Of a stretch of DNA of 64,000 nt, positions 36,205 to 47,743 are shown in pieces. A program made the translations under genes and the position numbers. The DNA lies in NCBI GenBank assembly GCA_965644495.1, contig CBFFSA010000005.1, positions 496,001-560,000 on the forward strand, given 5' to 3'. The stretch comes from Perkinsela sp. CCAP 1560/9. Lineage: Eukaryota; Protista; Euglenozoa: Kinetoplastea. Positions within the stretch are counted from its first letter, which is position 1, and the number at the start of each line of letters is the position of its first letter. The notes beneath the pieces are model-generated. The model made no database searches. It saw nothing but the letters and a program-made list of their open reading frames with translations, and was not told where the DNA came from.

Positions 36205-38919
36205 ATGGAAGCATCTGAAAATTCAACACCACTTCCTAGCGTCGCACGTCTTGGCTCCTACATCCTGGACAATACTGTGGGCAGGGGTAGCTTCGGCAAG
36301 GTAAAGCTAGCTACTCATCTTCCTAGTGGTGAACAAGTCGCTATTAAAGTGATCAATAACGCAAAATTTACGAATCACAAATCAATCCGTAAAATCAAGC
36401 GAGAGATAAAGATCCTTAAACTGTTCCAGCACCCTCACATTGTTCGGTTATACGAAGTGGTACCGACTCAGAGCGATATCTTTCTTGTTCAGGAGTACGC
36501 CTCTGGTGGGGAACTTTATGATCATATTGTGAGTCACGGGAAATTCTCTGAGGCACAAGCACGCTACTACTTTCAACAGCTCATAAGTGGGGTGGAATAT
36601 TGCCATCATTTTCGCGTGGTTCACCGCGATTTAAAGCCTGAAAACTTACTCTTGGATGCTGCTGGTGATCTCAAACTTATAGACTTTGGGCTCTCTAATC
36701 TTATGCGGGATGGAGATTTTCTAGCCACGTCATGTGGTTCTCCGAACTACGCTGCTCCAGAAGTCATCAGTGGAAAACTTTATGCAGGGCCCGAAGTGGA
36801 CGTCTGGAGTTGTGGGATAATCCTTTTTGCTCTTCTGTGCGGCCACTTGCCCTTTGACGAGGAATCGATCCCAGCCCTCTTCAACAAGATAAAGAAAGGA
36901 ATCTTCACTGTACCAGGCTACGTTTCTCCAGCGGCCCACGACTTGCTTCTCTCAATGTTGCAAGTTGATCCTTTGAAACGATTAACAACTGTTCAGATTC
37001 GACAACACGCATGGTTCATCAAGAGTCTTCCCACATACCTCAATTGGGCTCCTCGACAGTGGGAACGTCTCTACGAAGAGCTTGATATGACACTTGTACA
37101 ACGCGTCGCAGAGGTGTTACGCATCTCCGTTGAACACGTAACCTACTGTCTCACAGATCGCATCGATGGAGAAGTCTCCGTAACCTACTGCATCCTACGT
37201 GACCGACAACAGCAACAGAAACTCGCTACCTCACGTTCCCCACGTGAGTTTCCGACAATTAGCGCCACGGCCCGTGTCGAGCTTCGGGACACCGTCTCGG
37301 ATCCCATTGCAATGAAACCTCCGATACGTACCGTCCCCCGTTCCTCCTCTCTTGCCTCTCTCGGGGGCGTAATCTCTCCTAAGGGAAAGGGAAAGACCTC
37401 CCCCTCCCCTGGACCCTCCAGCCTCTATCCCAGCACGTCCCCCGTGATGCACGCACTCTTAGGAAACGCAAGCATGAAGAATCTCTACAACAACGCGCTT
37501 CCGGAAGCCATGGACAGTGTACCCCCGACACCCTCCAAAAGCAACCCCTCCACCGAGACCACAGCCTCACAGAGACCTCTCCAACCCGTCCAAGGGACAA
37601 AAGGTAAATCCGCCAACCCTCCCTCTCTCCACCTCGATGACACTCCCCCCATCCCTATCCCCCAACACACTACCCTCCCCCACGACGCCGTAACCGAAAC
37701 CTCCTCCACTCTCCCCATTACTACCCCTTTACCCTCCCCGTACTCCGCCACTACCACAACAACAACAGCAACACCAACAACTACCCCTTCTCCTCAACCC
37801 CCAAGTGATTCTCCTTCTTCTTCTTCTTCTTCCCCCTCCTGCTCCCCTTCTCGTCTCCCTACCGCACAACCCCCCGAGGGCACCAACACCCTCCCGGTCC
37901 CGCAGCCCCACCGGATTGGACGCGACCCCAACAACAGCAGCCACAACAACGACAACAGCAGCCACAACAGCAGCAGCAGCAGCAGCAGCACACGACTCGC
38001 ACCCCAACCCCCACCCCCCCGTACCCTCCCCCGTATGACCTTCTCGGTACAAGACGTGAAGAAGGCCTCCACGCTGTCCGCATCGTCGTCTTCCGCTCAA
38101 CAACAACACAGTAGTAGTAGTGGCAGCAGTAGCAGCAGCCGTGCCCCTGTCACGCACGCCGCGGGGTCTACTCCCCCTTCTCAAGGCGTCGGCTACCCCC
38201 GTAGCGGCTCCTCCTCCTCCGGGAGTAGCTCCTCGTTCCACGTGGAAGGGGTCTTCCCCCCGGGGTCCGGGTTTGTCCACAGCTACCGTTGCGGGACCAT
38301 CATGGGGGAGAGCGCCCAGCGCAGCGTGAGTGTGTCCGGGAGTGTGGCCCCGCTGGAGTCCCATTTCAGCCCCCAGGAGGTGTCGTTCCTGACCAAGTAC
38401 CCGGTGGGGTGGCGACTGGGGTGTATGACGGACCTCGGTGCCGGGCAGGTGATGGGGGAGATCTATGGCGTGCTGCGGGACCTGTCGATGGAGTGGCTGG
38501 TGAGGGGGAGTTTCTCGTTGCTGTGTCGCCCGTTGAGGGGGGAGGGGGAGGAGCAGGAGAGGTGGGGGGAGGAAGAGGGGGGGGAAACCGGGGAGGAGGG
38601 GATGGTGGCGACAGAGGGGAAATTTGCGGAGATGCGGGTGGGGAGTCGTGGGAATGGTTCCGAGGAGAACGTTGCGAAGACGCAGCGCTCCTCGAGTGAC
38701 TCCATGGCTCACCTCTCGAGTCCGTTACTGGGCGAGGAGCACCCGACGAATGCGCAGATACCGCGGTTGGCGATCAAGATCACGCTGTACCGCTTACAGG
38801 ATCGCCATGATTTGGGATACCTCATTGATCTGGCGTTGGTACCCAGTCAGGGCTCGGCGCTGGCAGCGATGAGACTGGCGACACAGATTTTATCATTGCT
38901 CGCTACACGGGTTGGATGA
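36205..38919 (+). CDS. SNF1: SNF1/AMPK catalytic alpha subunit
   Basis: HRDLKPEN, DFGLSNLMRDGDFLATSCGSPNYAAPEVISGKLYAGPEVD, long low-complexity linker, KA1-like C-terminus (WRLG..W..LYR..YLID). Confidence 0.95.
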   Translation: MEASENSTPLPSVARLGSYILDNTVGRGSFGKVKLATHLPSGEQVAIKVINNAKFTNHKSIRKIKREIKILKLFQHPHIVRLYEVVPTQSDIFLVQEYASGGELYDHIVSHGKFSEAQARYYFQQLISGVEYCHHFRVVHRDLKPENLLLDAAGDLKLIDFGLSNLMRDGDFLATSCGSPNYAAPEVISGKLYAGPEVDVWSCGIILFALLCGHLPFDEESIPALFNKIKKGIFTVPGYVSPAAHDLLLSMLQVDPLKRLTTVQIRQHAWFIKSLPTYLNWAPRQWERLYEELDMTLVQRVAEVLRISVEHVTYCLTDRIDGEVSVTYCILRDRQQQQKLATSRSPREFPTISATARVELRDTVSDPIAMKPPIRTVPRSSSLASLGGVISPKGKGKTSPSPGPSSLYPSTSPVMHALLGNASMKNLYNNALPEAMDSVPPTPSKSNPSTETTASQRPLQPVQGTKGKSANPPSLHLDDTPPIPIPQHTTLPHDAVTETSSTLPITTPLPSPYSATTTTTTATPTTTPSPQPPSDSPSSSSSSPSCSPSRLPTAQPPEGTNTLPVPQPHRIGRDPNNSSHNNDNSSHNSSSSSSSTRLAPQPPPPRTLPRMTFSVQDVKKASTLSASSSSAQQQHSSSSGSSSSSRAPVTHAAGSTPPSQGVGYPRSGSSSSGSSSSFHVEGVFPPGSGFVHSYRCGTIMGESAQRSVSVSGSVAPLESHFSPQEVSFLTKYPVGWRLGCMTDLGAGQVMGEIYGVLRDLSMEWLVRGSFSLLCRPLRGEGEEQERWGEEEGGETGEEGMVATEGKFAEMRVGSRGNGSEENVAKTQRSSSDSMAHLSSPLLGEEHPTNAQIPRLAIKITLYRLQDRHDLGYLIDLALVPSQGSALAAMRLATQILSLLATRVG

Positions 38920-39335
38920 CTGAGTTATTGAATAAGCATAGGCATGGCGTGCGGTGTCTTTTCTTTTGCTACAACTCTACTGTTTATAGTCATCAGGTTT
39001 TTGCACAGTTCCCTCATCGCGTGTTCTTTTTATAATTCAGTGGATTTATATAAGCCCTTGTGGGGAACTGGGGGATTCCTTTTTGTAAACGAGCTCATGA
39101 GTTTTCGATTACTACCGTTGCAACATGTTGTTTGCTCTATACTCCCGTAAAAAGTGTGTCATTGTAATACTTTCACAGCGCGCACTATACCATGTCACAT
39201 TGATAAAGATAGTACATACATAAAAGCAATGTGAAATGGATTCTACCTACTTTACATACATACTTTTCTCATGATTTTTTAAACTGTAACTTATTACTCA
39301 TAAAATCCTTAGTAATCCCCACACACCCACATTCC

Positions 39336-40082
39336 ATGTTCGCCTTCTCCAAACTCCATACCGCGCCTCCACCCCCTCGTTTGCTTCCCATTCTTCAATA
39401 CCCCACACGTGCTCTCCTGGGCACCCCCTCGAGCTTGCCCCAGGACGGGATTTACGCCTGCGGCGGCATCGGGTTCCAACAAAAGCTCCAGTCCCTGCTC
39501 CACACCCGTGCGCACTACGCCTACCCCTCCCTATCCGCTCCTCAAGTCGGGTGGGATGCCAAACTGTTTGTTGGATTCGACGCTACTCATTCCCTGCGAG
39601 CATTCATTCACCCCCGTGTGGTACACACCAGCCAGGAGACCTGCTGGACATGGGAGCCCTGTGCCTCCTGTGGGTTTCTGCTTCACTACATTGAACGACC
39701 CGCGGAGGTTAAACTGGAGGCAAGCAATGAGGTAGGGGTCAGGGAAGCCGTAACACTCAAGGGTATGGCCGCACGTATGGCACTGCATGAAATGGATCAC
39801 TTGGAGGGACGGTGTTACTACCAAAGGGTGCGGGATACACGTCATGCGGTGCCGTTTAGTGGATTTACGATCATGGAGCAGTGGCCTGTGGATTTTCCTT
39901 CCATCGAGGCCCGGAGTACCCAACTGTACTCGCTCTATCGTCCTCCCTATACGATACAGATGGATTCACTTCCCGAGAGTAATTTTTTGTACCGCACTTT
40001 TGGGCAAGAGATTTATCCTGGAAAAGATGAAGACGAGCTCATGGCACAATACATGGCATTAGGCTCCGCGAAAGCTACATGA
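39336..40082 (+). CDS. Peptide deformylase (mitochondrial, divergent)
   Basis: SLSAPQVG, EPCAS, LHEMDHLEG (variants of PDF motifs 1-3). Likely start is ATG 39336. Confidence 0.88.
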   Translation: MFAFSKLHTAPPPPRLLPILQYPTRALLGTPSSLPQDGIYACGGIGFQQKLQSLLHTRAHYAYPSLSAPQVGWDAKLFVGFDATHSLRAFIHPRVVHTSQETCWTWEPCASCGFLLHYIERPAEVKLEASNEVGVREAVTLKGMAARMALHEMDHLEGRCYYQRVRDTRHAVPFSGFTIMEQWPVDFPSIEARSTQLYSLYRPPYTIQMDSLPESNFLYRTFGQEIYPGKDEDELMAQYMALGSAKAT

Positions 40083-40205
40083 CATGAACGAAAAACTTTT
40101 TATGAACTTGTGCATGTTATTTTTCTAGAATCGCGCAACCTAGTACACGTATGGTCAAAAAATGTTCTTTGTTTCGTAAAATACATACATACGTGTACAG
40201 ATATA

Positions 40206-41181
40206 CTGTGACCCCCCTTACTTCGCCTCCCCCCTTACTTCACCACATTTAGTCACTGGACGTGTGGTGAAGTAAGGGGGGTGTCAGATTTTTCCCCAGG
40301 CAACTTGCCACCTCTTTACACAGCCGGAGGGGTGCACTTCAACCGACCGTTACATCGGGGTAAGGCGAGGCAGAGCCACGCCCAGTGGTCTTCAAGGGGG
40401 CGACACTGATGGCGCACAAAGATCGATGCACAAAGGTTCTTGGTGCAACTTTCTTAATGAAGAAGACGCTGTCATACCGGAATTTTAAACCACAGTCCGT
40501 TTTAACGTTCCGGGGGGGAATGTTCACTGCTACAGGAATGTTACGTAGCTGCAGGAATGATAACTTTTGAAGACTGTCTTGGGTTCGTCGACGCAACGGG
40601 CTGGTAGCAGCACGTTGTTGCCGCCTTGTACTAACGAAAACAGTTAGAGTACTTCGGCCTCGAAACTTTCAAATCTATCTGTGAAGGGTCTGGCTTGCCA
40701 GTGACCGATCGGAGCAATACGGAATGATTTAGATTCATTGAACTATTTCTAATTCAGAACCGTTTTTTTCCATCTCAGTTTCATTATCGCTTTGATCATA
40801 AAGTTGCGCCACAGCGTCTTGTAGTTCTAAAATTCAAATTGGTGTTCAATAAGTTATATTCTGCGACATCATTTAAATTTTACGATGTAAGAAATTTTCA
40901 TGGGTCGAAAGTTAAAAACGCATCGGACATCGTGGACAAGCTAGAAGAAACATAAAATATAGAATGTGCAACACGAGGCATTACAACACTCAAGAAAAAG
41001 AAATTATGCTCAATGTCGATAGCATAGTGTACTTCAATAATTTGAGGATTTCCGAGAGAACTATAAATTGATCGAACTTTGAATCGCTTATTCACCTCCC
41101 TTACTTCACCACTCCCCTTACTTCACCACAAAGTACGGGTTTTGGACCAAAAAGTGGGGGCTAAGTAAGGGGGGATAACGG
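40206..41181. mobile_element. TA-flanked TIR element with degenerate internal cargo
   Basis: Ends ctgtgacccccttactt / aagtaaggggggataacgg, repeated ccttacttcacca subterminal motifs. 40600-40730 is similar to 16862-16990. Confidence 0.65.
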
Positions 41182-41767
41182 TATGCACAAGTTTTTGGGG
41201 TTTGTGCATGTTAAGGGGGGGCGTAAGAGGGGGAGAACCAGCCCCCCCCCAAAAAAAAATGAATTGCGCCGCTTCGCGGCGCTTTTAGTTTCTGTGCGTT
41301 TTTCGAACGTACGTGGAGGTGAGACGTACACTGTTTTAGGAGGGGCAGTTTGATCACGAAAGCGATATCTGGCCAAAATTTTACATCGCAGTAACCACAT
41401 GGCCCTTGAAGCAGACAAATTGGTGGCTGACAGCAAACACGGTAAAATTTTTCTAAACCACATACCCGTTTAACATACCTATACCTTGGATAACATACCG
41501 GGGGGTATGTTATTTTGGCCCGCGACACTTAACATACCCCCCCTCATCCCACGGCTTTTTTTGTGCAACGGTTTTTTGTACTGTTGCACAAAAAATCCAA
41601 CCGTAAGATCACGTACCTTTTTAAACAAAATATTTCTTTTATGCATTTTTCGATGTATTTTGATACGTTCTAGCATTTGGTACTACGTGCGGTACATCTT
41701 TAGATACAGGTTCTAACAGTGAAAGTGTTTTTCTTCTCTTTTATATTTCATTACCAGTCTACTTAAC

Positions 41768-42010
41768 ATGCCTATAAGTATGGAAAGCCATACTTGTGCC
41801 CTGATTGTTCACAATCTCCAAGTTTTTCATCGTCACGGCTGGAAAGGAAAATATCCTTCAATAACTCCCGACAAAAAAGAAGAACTTGAAAAAGAGATCA
41901 AGGACCACCCCGCTCAGTCATCTCGATATCTAAACCCTTTCGAACCCAATAAAAAGCGGCTCCGACGCGAAAATCCAAGAAGTGGATTGACCCAAACCTA
42001 CACTGATATA
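41768..42010 (+). pseudogene. Possible Tc1/mariner transposase N-terminal (HTH) fragment
   Basis: KGKYPSITPDKKEELEKEIKDHPAQSSRYL resembles the GRPR-linker/HTH region. Truncated. Confidence 0.35.
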
Positions 42011-42055
42011 CTATACAGGGGCGAACAGAAATATTGCCCCCCGGCGGAAATTTGA

Positions 42056-42526
42056 TTTTTTTATCCGTTTTTGCTCATCTTTGCAGCATTGGAGAGATCT
42101 CGCTTTCCTAGCGAAGGGCTTTGCCACCTTTTTTTCATAGGGACCCTCTGGGAACCCCTAGGGCCCAAAAACATGATTTTTAGCAAATTTTTATCCCCCA
42201 CGTACATTTTTCCCTTTTGTGAAACTATGAAAACAAGACCTACAAACCCTAAACCCAAACTCCGAATAGTATTAGAAAATGACGGCGGACATTCTGGGTA
42301 CTAATCTACAAAGTTTAAATCACGTACTAGTTCTTACTGATGGGCATTTTCTGCATTTTCCCATGTAACTTTCAAAATCTGAGTTTGCTAAAATCTTGTT
42401 TTTGGTCGATTTTCGGGTCGCCGTATGAACCCCAGGGGGTCCCTATGAAAAAAAGGCGGCAAAGCCCTTCGCTAGGAAAACGGGATCTCTCCAATGCTGC
42501 AAGGATGAACAAAAACGGATAAAAAA
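42056..42526. repeat. Long inverted repeat (~95-bp arms), probably TIRs of a caggggc-type element
   Basis: ttatccgtttttgctcatctttgcagcattggagagat..ttttttcatagggacc versus its reverse complement at 42437-42526. Confidence 0.75.
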
Positions 42527-43950
42527 TATATAGTGCTAGTTCAATGGGAGAATTCGAAGACATTACCTTCAGCCAGATTGTAGTACAGGACGAATCTGAG
42601 TGACAACCCCTCTTCATCAGGTTTCGCAAACGTGAAAGATCGCGCCGCGAAGCAGCGCGAAAAATAATTTGGTCCTTTTCAGCTAATTTTTTAATATTCC
42701 TATACCTCGTTATTCCTATACCCTCTTAATATTCCTACCAGGAATATTAACCCGGACAGTGGTTTAACTCGGTCTACTTTACCTACATGCAATTATCCTA
42801 GCGGCCGAGCCATTGAACCTTCTCAAAAAATGTCACAAAAACCTACACGAGCCTACACGAATCTACACGGATTACCACGAACCTACACGTACCTACAAGC
42901 TCGTCACGCACCAATACGAACTTACACAGACCTACTGCATACTCTCCATTATTATTACGATTATTATTACGATTTTTCTCGAGAGATCGTAACAATAAAC
43001 TGCTTTCACATTATTATCACCACTTAAGACAAAAAAATCCCTTCTTTTATTTTATCACCCCATGCTGAGACAGAAGGCCGCAAAAAACACACGTTCCCCC
43101 AGTCAACCACTTCCGGTCCCCTAGAATAATGGCCGTTGTGGCTTGCACTGGCTGGCACAGGTTGACACTGGCTGGCACAAGTTGGCACTGGCTTGCAGTG
43201 GCGGTATGCATGGGGTCCTATACGGTCTTTCGTATCACAAACTTCCAGTTGTAAAAAGCATATGAGGCAAATTCGGGTGTTTTTGGATCCGAAGAAGGGG
43301 GTCTCGGGTCGTCCAACAGGTACGTTTCTCTTTCTTAAAACTATCAGTTTATGGTGTTGCCTTTTATTCTTTGCGAAACAAAGTTTTTCCAGAAAGTTTT
43401 TTGTCGGGCCAAATATTGGGCGAAATTCTATTACAGTGCAGGGCTTTATTACGGGACGGGTTAATTAAGGGACACCCCCCATCATGTCCAAAGTGTCCCG
43501 TAATTAACCGTCCCTTAATTCTCCATTTTGTTTTCTAAGGATTTCCTATACCTTTTTCTTTCAATTACGTTCCTTTATTTAGCTTCTTTTCGTTCAGTTA
43601 TCTTACAAATACACTTTTATGTGTGCCTAATAACTTGCGCGCTCTGTTGCTTGGACGCTACATTCGTAGTTCTTTTGTCCCATTCCAAAGGTATGACCCC
43701 ACCCCCATATTGTCCCTTAAATACCCGTCCCGTAATTAAGCCGTCCCGTAATAACACCACGCACTGTAATATAGAGTAGCGAAGGAGTAGTATCTCCCTC
43801 AATTAATGTTATTGTTATAACTTATAAGTGTGTCACCGGTATCTCCACATATTTAGACGCAAATCAGAGATTTAAAAGCACAGAGCCTTTTCAAGAAATT
43901 GGGTAAAAATAACCAAAACATCTCTATAACATCTCTATAATCATCATTGT

Positions 43951-45225
43951 ATGTACTTCGCTCTTAGCGAGGATTTTAGTCCGGATCACAAGCGGAGGCG
44001 GAGCGCTAAGGTTCGTGGTGCCCTATTTTCCCAAGAAATTGAGCTGCAACAATTCGTACGCTCATTGGAGCGCCCTCCTCCTTGGAATGCCACAAAAGAT
44101 GTTTGCTCTTGGTCGGGGGTGCATTGTAATAGTAGTCATATAGTCACCTCAATAAAGCTTCAGAGTTTGACCTTAACGGGAAACCTTACGTGGGGTTTCT
44201 TGCCTCGTTCCTTGAATGAGCTTGACGTCTCCATGAACCGTATCATGGGTCCTATAGAGACGGAGCTTCTTCCTCGAAATCTTCGAATCTTTAAAGTCTT
44301 TCTCAATCTTTTCGAGGGCACTTTTGATTTTTCTGCTTTAGGGAATGAATTGCTTGCTATCGATATTTCTAGCAATCAACTACAAGGTGCGTTTTCCTTT
44401 AGCGATCTTCCACGTGAATTGGAGCTCCTAAAACTTTCGCATAATCAATTTTCGGGATCTTTTGAAGACTGGGATTCGTTGCCACCGAAAATGGAATGGC
44501 TCGATCTTCGAACAAATAGTTTTTTTGGAAATGTGTGCCTCGATAATTTATCTTCTGTTGTACCTCAGTTACTTTATCTCAACCTAGAAAACAATGGTTT
44601 TTATGGGTCTCTTGATTTGAGTAAGCTTCCCAAAGGCCTTCGAGAACTGTATCTAGGTATTAACCAGTTCAGCTCTCAGCTCTCGCTTGACACTCTACCC
44701 TCAACTCTTACTTGTCTACAATTGCAGAAGAATCACTTTGTTGGTCCGCTGAATCTATCATCTCTCCCACAGGACTTGGTCACACTTTCCGCAGAGTGCA
44801 ACCGTTTCAGTGGTCCTTTGGAACTATGCAACTTGCCTCCTACTCTTGGCGCTCTTGACGTGAGCAAAAATACGTTTTCCGGGCCCCTTGACGTTACTCA
44901 TCTTCCCGGAACTCTACAAGATGCGTATTTTCAACAAAATTGTTTCTCTGGTGATATTGACATTTCGTCACTCTCGGAGTCACTAGAAGTTCTTTCTGTA
45001 GCGGAAAACCGTTTGACAGGCCAGATAGACATGAATCATCTTCCGGCCTCACTACAAGTTCTTGATCTTAGCTACAATTGCTTCAATGGGGAAATTCGTC
45101 TTGAAGTTCCGCCCACTCTGGAAACATTATGGCTCGCTGGTAACTACTTTACAGGGGAAATTAAAGCATCCTATTTAGAAGGCGTGGACATAAATTACGA
45201 AGAGACTTTCTTAAAAATAGTTTGA
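43951..45225 (+). CDS. Leucine-rich repeat protein (same family)
   Basis: KVRGALFSQEIEL motif, CSWSGVHC cap and about 14 LRRs. Confidence 0.92.
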   Translation: MYFALSEDFSPDHKRRRSAKVRGALFSQEIELQQFVRSLERPPPWNATKDVCSWSGVHCNSSHIVTSIKLQSLTLTGNLTWGFLPRSLNELDVSMNRIMGPIETELLPRNLRIFKVFLNLFEGTFDFSALGNELLAIDISSNQLQGAFSFSDLPRELELLKLSHNQFSGSFEDWDSLPPKMEWLDLRTNSFFGNVCLDNLSSVVPQLLYLNLENNGFYGSLDLSKLPKGLRELYLGINQFSSQLSLDTLPSTLTCLQLQKNHFVGPLNLSSLPQDLVTLSAECNRFSGPLELCNLPPTLGALDVSKNTFSGPLDVTHLPGTLQDAYFQQNCFSGDIDISSLSESLEVLSVAENRLTGQIDMNHLPASLQVLDLSYNCFNGEIRLEVPPTLETLWLAGNYFTGEIKASYLEGVDINYEETFLKIV

Positions 45226-45610
45226 AATGGGACCTACTATACGGTACTGTAGTGCGACTCCCCCACGTAGAAAGAAGAATTAGAGCCACGGGGCAACCCC
45301 CCAGAGATACGTAAACCGGGGTAACATGATACCATACCGGGGGGTATGTTATCGTGAACAGGGGTGGATAACATACCCCCCCCTCTGGATTTTGGAGTTT
45401 GGGGGTCAATTTTTCTTAATTGAGACTTTTTTACATGTGTAGTACTGATCATTTTTTTTTGTTTTCTTATCAACATGAGCATTCAAGTACAGAGTTGCAC
45501 AAACGTTAACATACCTGTAACACGATAACATACCGGGGGGGTATGTTATCCTGTAACACCGTTTAGTGTTGATTTTTTTCACACGATGCGATGTATATAA
45601 TGTACTATAA

Positions 45611-46485
45611 CTTCGTTAAACGCGGTGGTTGCTTTCAACTTAGAAGTCACTCATGCTGCGCGCTTCGCGTTGAAAACTACCGCCGCGTTTAACGAAGAGC
45701 CTAAAAAAGAAAATTTAGCCTGGAAAACGGAAAGATTATAGCCAAAAATAGCCGAATTTCGGGTACGAATGGGGTCATTTTCGCATATTTTTGCTCTCAG
45801 AGCACTAAATCCGACATTTGCGCGTGGGAAATCACTCGCAGGCATGAATGAAAGCCTACCGAACGCATTGGGTAGAGAATGCGACTCCAACCATACCATT
45901 CTTTCGACACAAAAATGCCCCTTTAGGTCCGAAAAATACTTTTTCACCTTTTTTAGTCAAAAATGGGTCATTTTGGGGGGCGCACCACAGTTCGAAGGAG
46001 TGATACCTTGCGAAAACAACTGCGTAGAAAGCTAGTGTAGGTCCCAAACTATCAAAATACAATAGGGGAAACGATTTTGGAAAAATATTTTTTTTGTCAT
46101 TTTTTTCGCCAAGTTGAAATTTTTTTCAAAAAAAATTTTCCGAAAAAATCCGAACTTGGCGGACCCGTCCTGCGGATACGCGGGGGGGTCACCCCCGGGT
46201 AGGGGGGTGGAAAATGCGCGCCAAGACCCTGGCCACCCTTTCTGCGGTTTTTTTTCGAAAACTAATTTTTTCGAAAAAATTTGCTCGACCATGCCCCCCC
46301 CCCCTGGACCCCCCCCCTGGACCCCCCATTTTTTTCAAAAACATTTTTCAGTTTTGGACCACCGGAGCCCCCTTTTATATTTTTTTCTTCTATTATATTA
46401 CTGTGTTCCTCTTTATATTTTCACTGTTTTTGTTCACTTTTTTTCAATAATCGAGTGTAGAGCGGTAGTTTTACAACCACCGCAA
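45611..46485 (+). repeat. Family-A copy flanked by a direct repeat
   Basis: Matches 5588-6559; tgtactataa lies immediately on both sides. Confidence 0.85.
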
Positions 46486-46823
46486 TGTACTATAATACTA
46501 TAATGTACTCCTTTGAACTCATGGAATTGCACACAGCTTTTTGCGTTTTAAGGCTCACTATTCTGGGAATGGTCAGACGTGCAACTTTAATAATAAAAAA
46601 ATTTAGTGGGTAAAAATCACCCACTATTGGCAATTTTTTTTGCCAATAGGGGGTATGCCCCCCCTTTTTTCTGTGTGCACATTGCACTTTATACACAAGC
46701 CGTTATGTTACTGACAATCCACCATCTTTAAAATTCGGAAGCACCACTGCAGAATGAACAACAAATCCATTTATTTGCCTTGGTAGCTCGATTTCAGATT
46801 TTAAGAATGTTATTATAATCCTT

Positions 46824-47327
46824 ATGTTCGGATCATCTTGTCCATGTCGAAATTTTTTTCCGCTCGGGCGCAAGTCAGGCCCTTTAAACGCTTCTGACTA
46901 CCTCCCTCCTCCGAGCTTTAGCCACAAACTATGGGACTTGGTACGCCCTAACAAATCAGTTTCTCGCCGTGATCTATTACAAGAGTGCGAGCATTGTCGT
47001 TACATTTGGTCTCACGACCGTCTATTAAACTGGTGCCCTATGCACCCGTGGCACACAAAAGCCGAAAGGTGGTATCGACCGGATTGGATCATGCATATTC
47101 GCAATCCGAAGCACAGCTTCAAGCAACTTCGAACTAATGTTCATCCGCGCACTGGAGCTTGGATTAGCGATGAAGCTAGTCGCTCCAAGCACAATGAGCC
47201 ACGCACGGTCGGAATTAGTTCTCGTGCCATGCATGTCTTAAAAGATAGAGCAAAACTAGCAGTTAACATATCGGGTCTTAGTGGATACCGTCGGCTTTGG
47301 AAAGTCAAGTTTCCTTGGCCAAGTTAA
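46824..47327 (+). CDS. Mitochondrial ribosomal protein bL36m-like (extended)
   Basis: Basic protein. CEHC-x12-CPMHPWH matches the bL36 CCCH zinc ribbon, with N- and C-terminal extensions. Confidence 0.6.
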   Translation: MFGSSCPCRNFFPLGRKSGPLNASDYLPPPSFSHKLWDLVRPNKSVSRRDLLQECEHCRYIWSHDRLLNWCPMHPWHTKAERWYRPDWIMHIRNPKHSFKQLRTNVHPRTGAWISDEASRSKHNEPRTVGISSRAMHVLKDRAKLAVNISGLSGYRRLWKVKFPWPS

Positions 47328-47743
47328 TTCATTCTACCCATAGTTAATTCTGTTGATGGTCCTAAATGTGTGTTTTGTAAGCGAAATAGAGACAAATGGC
47401 CTGTTTATTCATGAACCCGATTTAAAATTGGGTTTCAAAGTCGGGAAACCATTTCCAAAAATAACTTTTGGATGCTGTCAGTTAATTTTTTTGAGGCTTT
47501 TCATTACACCTGGCAAATTATACCTTGATATGGTCGGTAGACCAGGTGGTAGCTGTAATGTAAAGCACGAAGCGTGAAAGTGTTCACTATTAAAAGGGTT
47601 AAGGGCCAACAGTGGCCCTTAACGAAACCGCTGAAACATACAGTAGTGTAGTAGTGCAATTATGAAGATTTGGTGATTTTAGTATAAACGTTATTTAATG
47701 CATATCCCTAACAAACTTCTTTTATCGAAATCAAAAATACGAT

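Noticed and set aside
37729-38712. 327-aa antisense ORF within the AMPK gene
   Set aside because: Expected by-product of GC-rich, low-complexity sequence with few stop codons.
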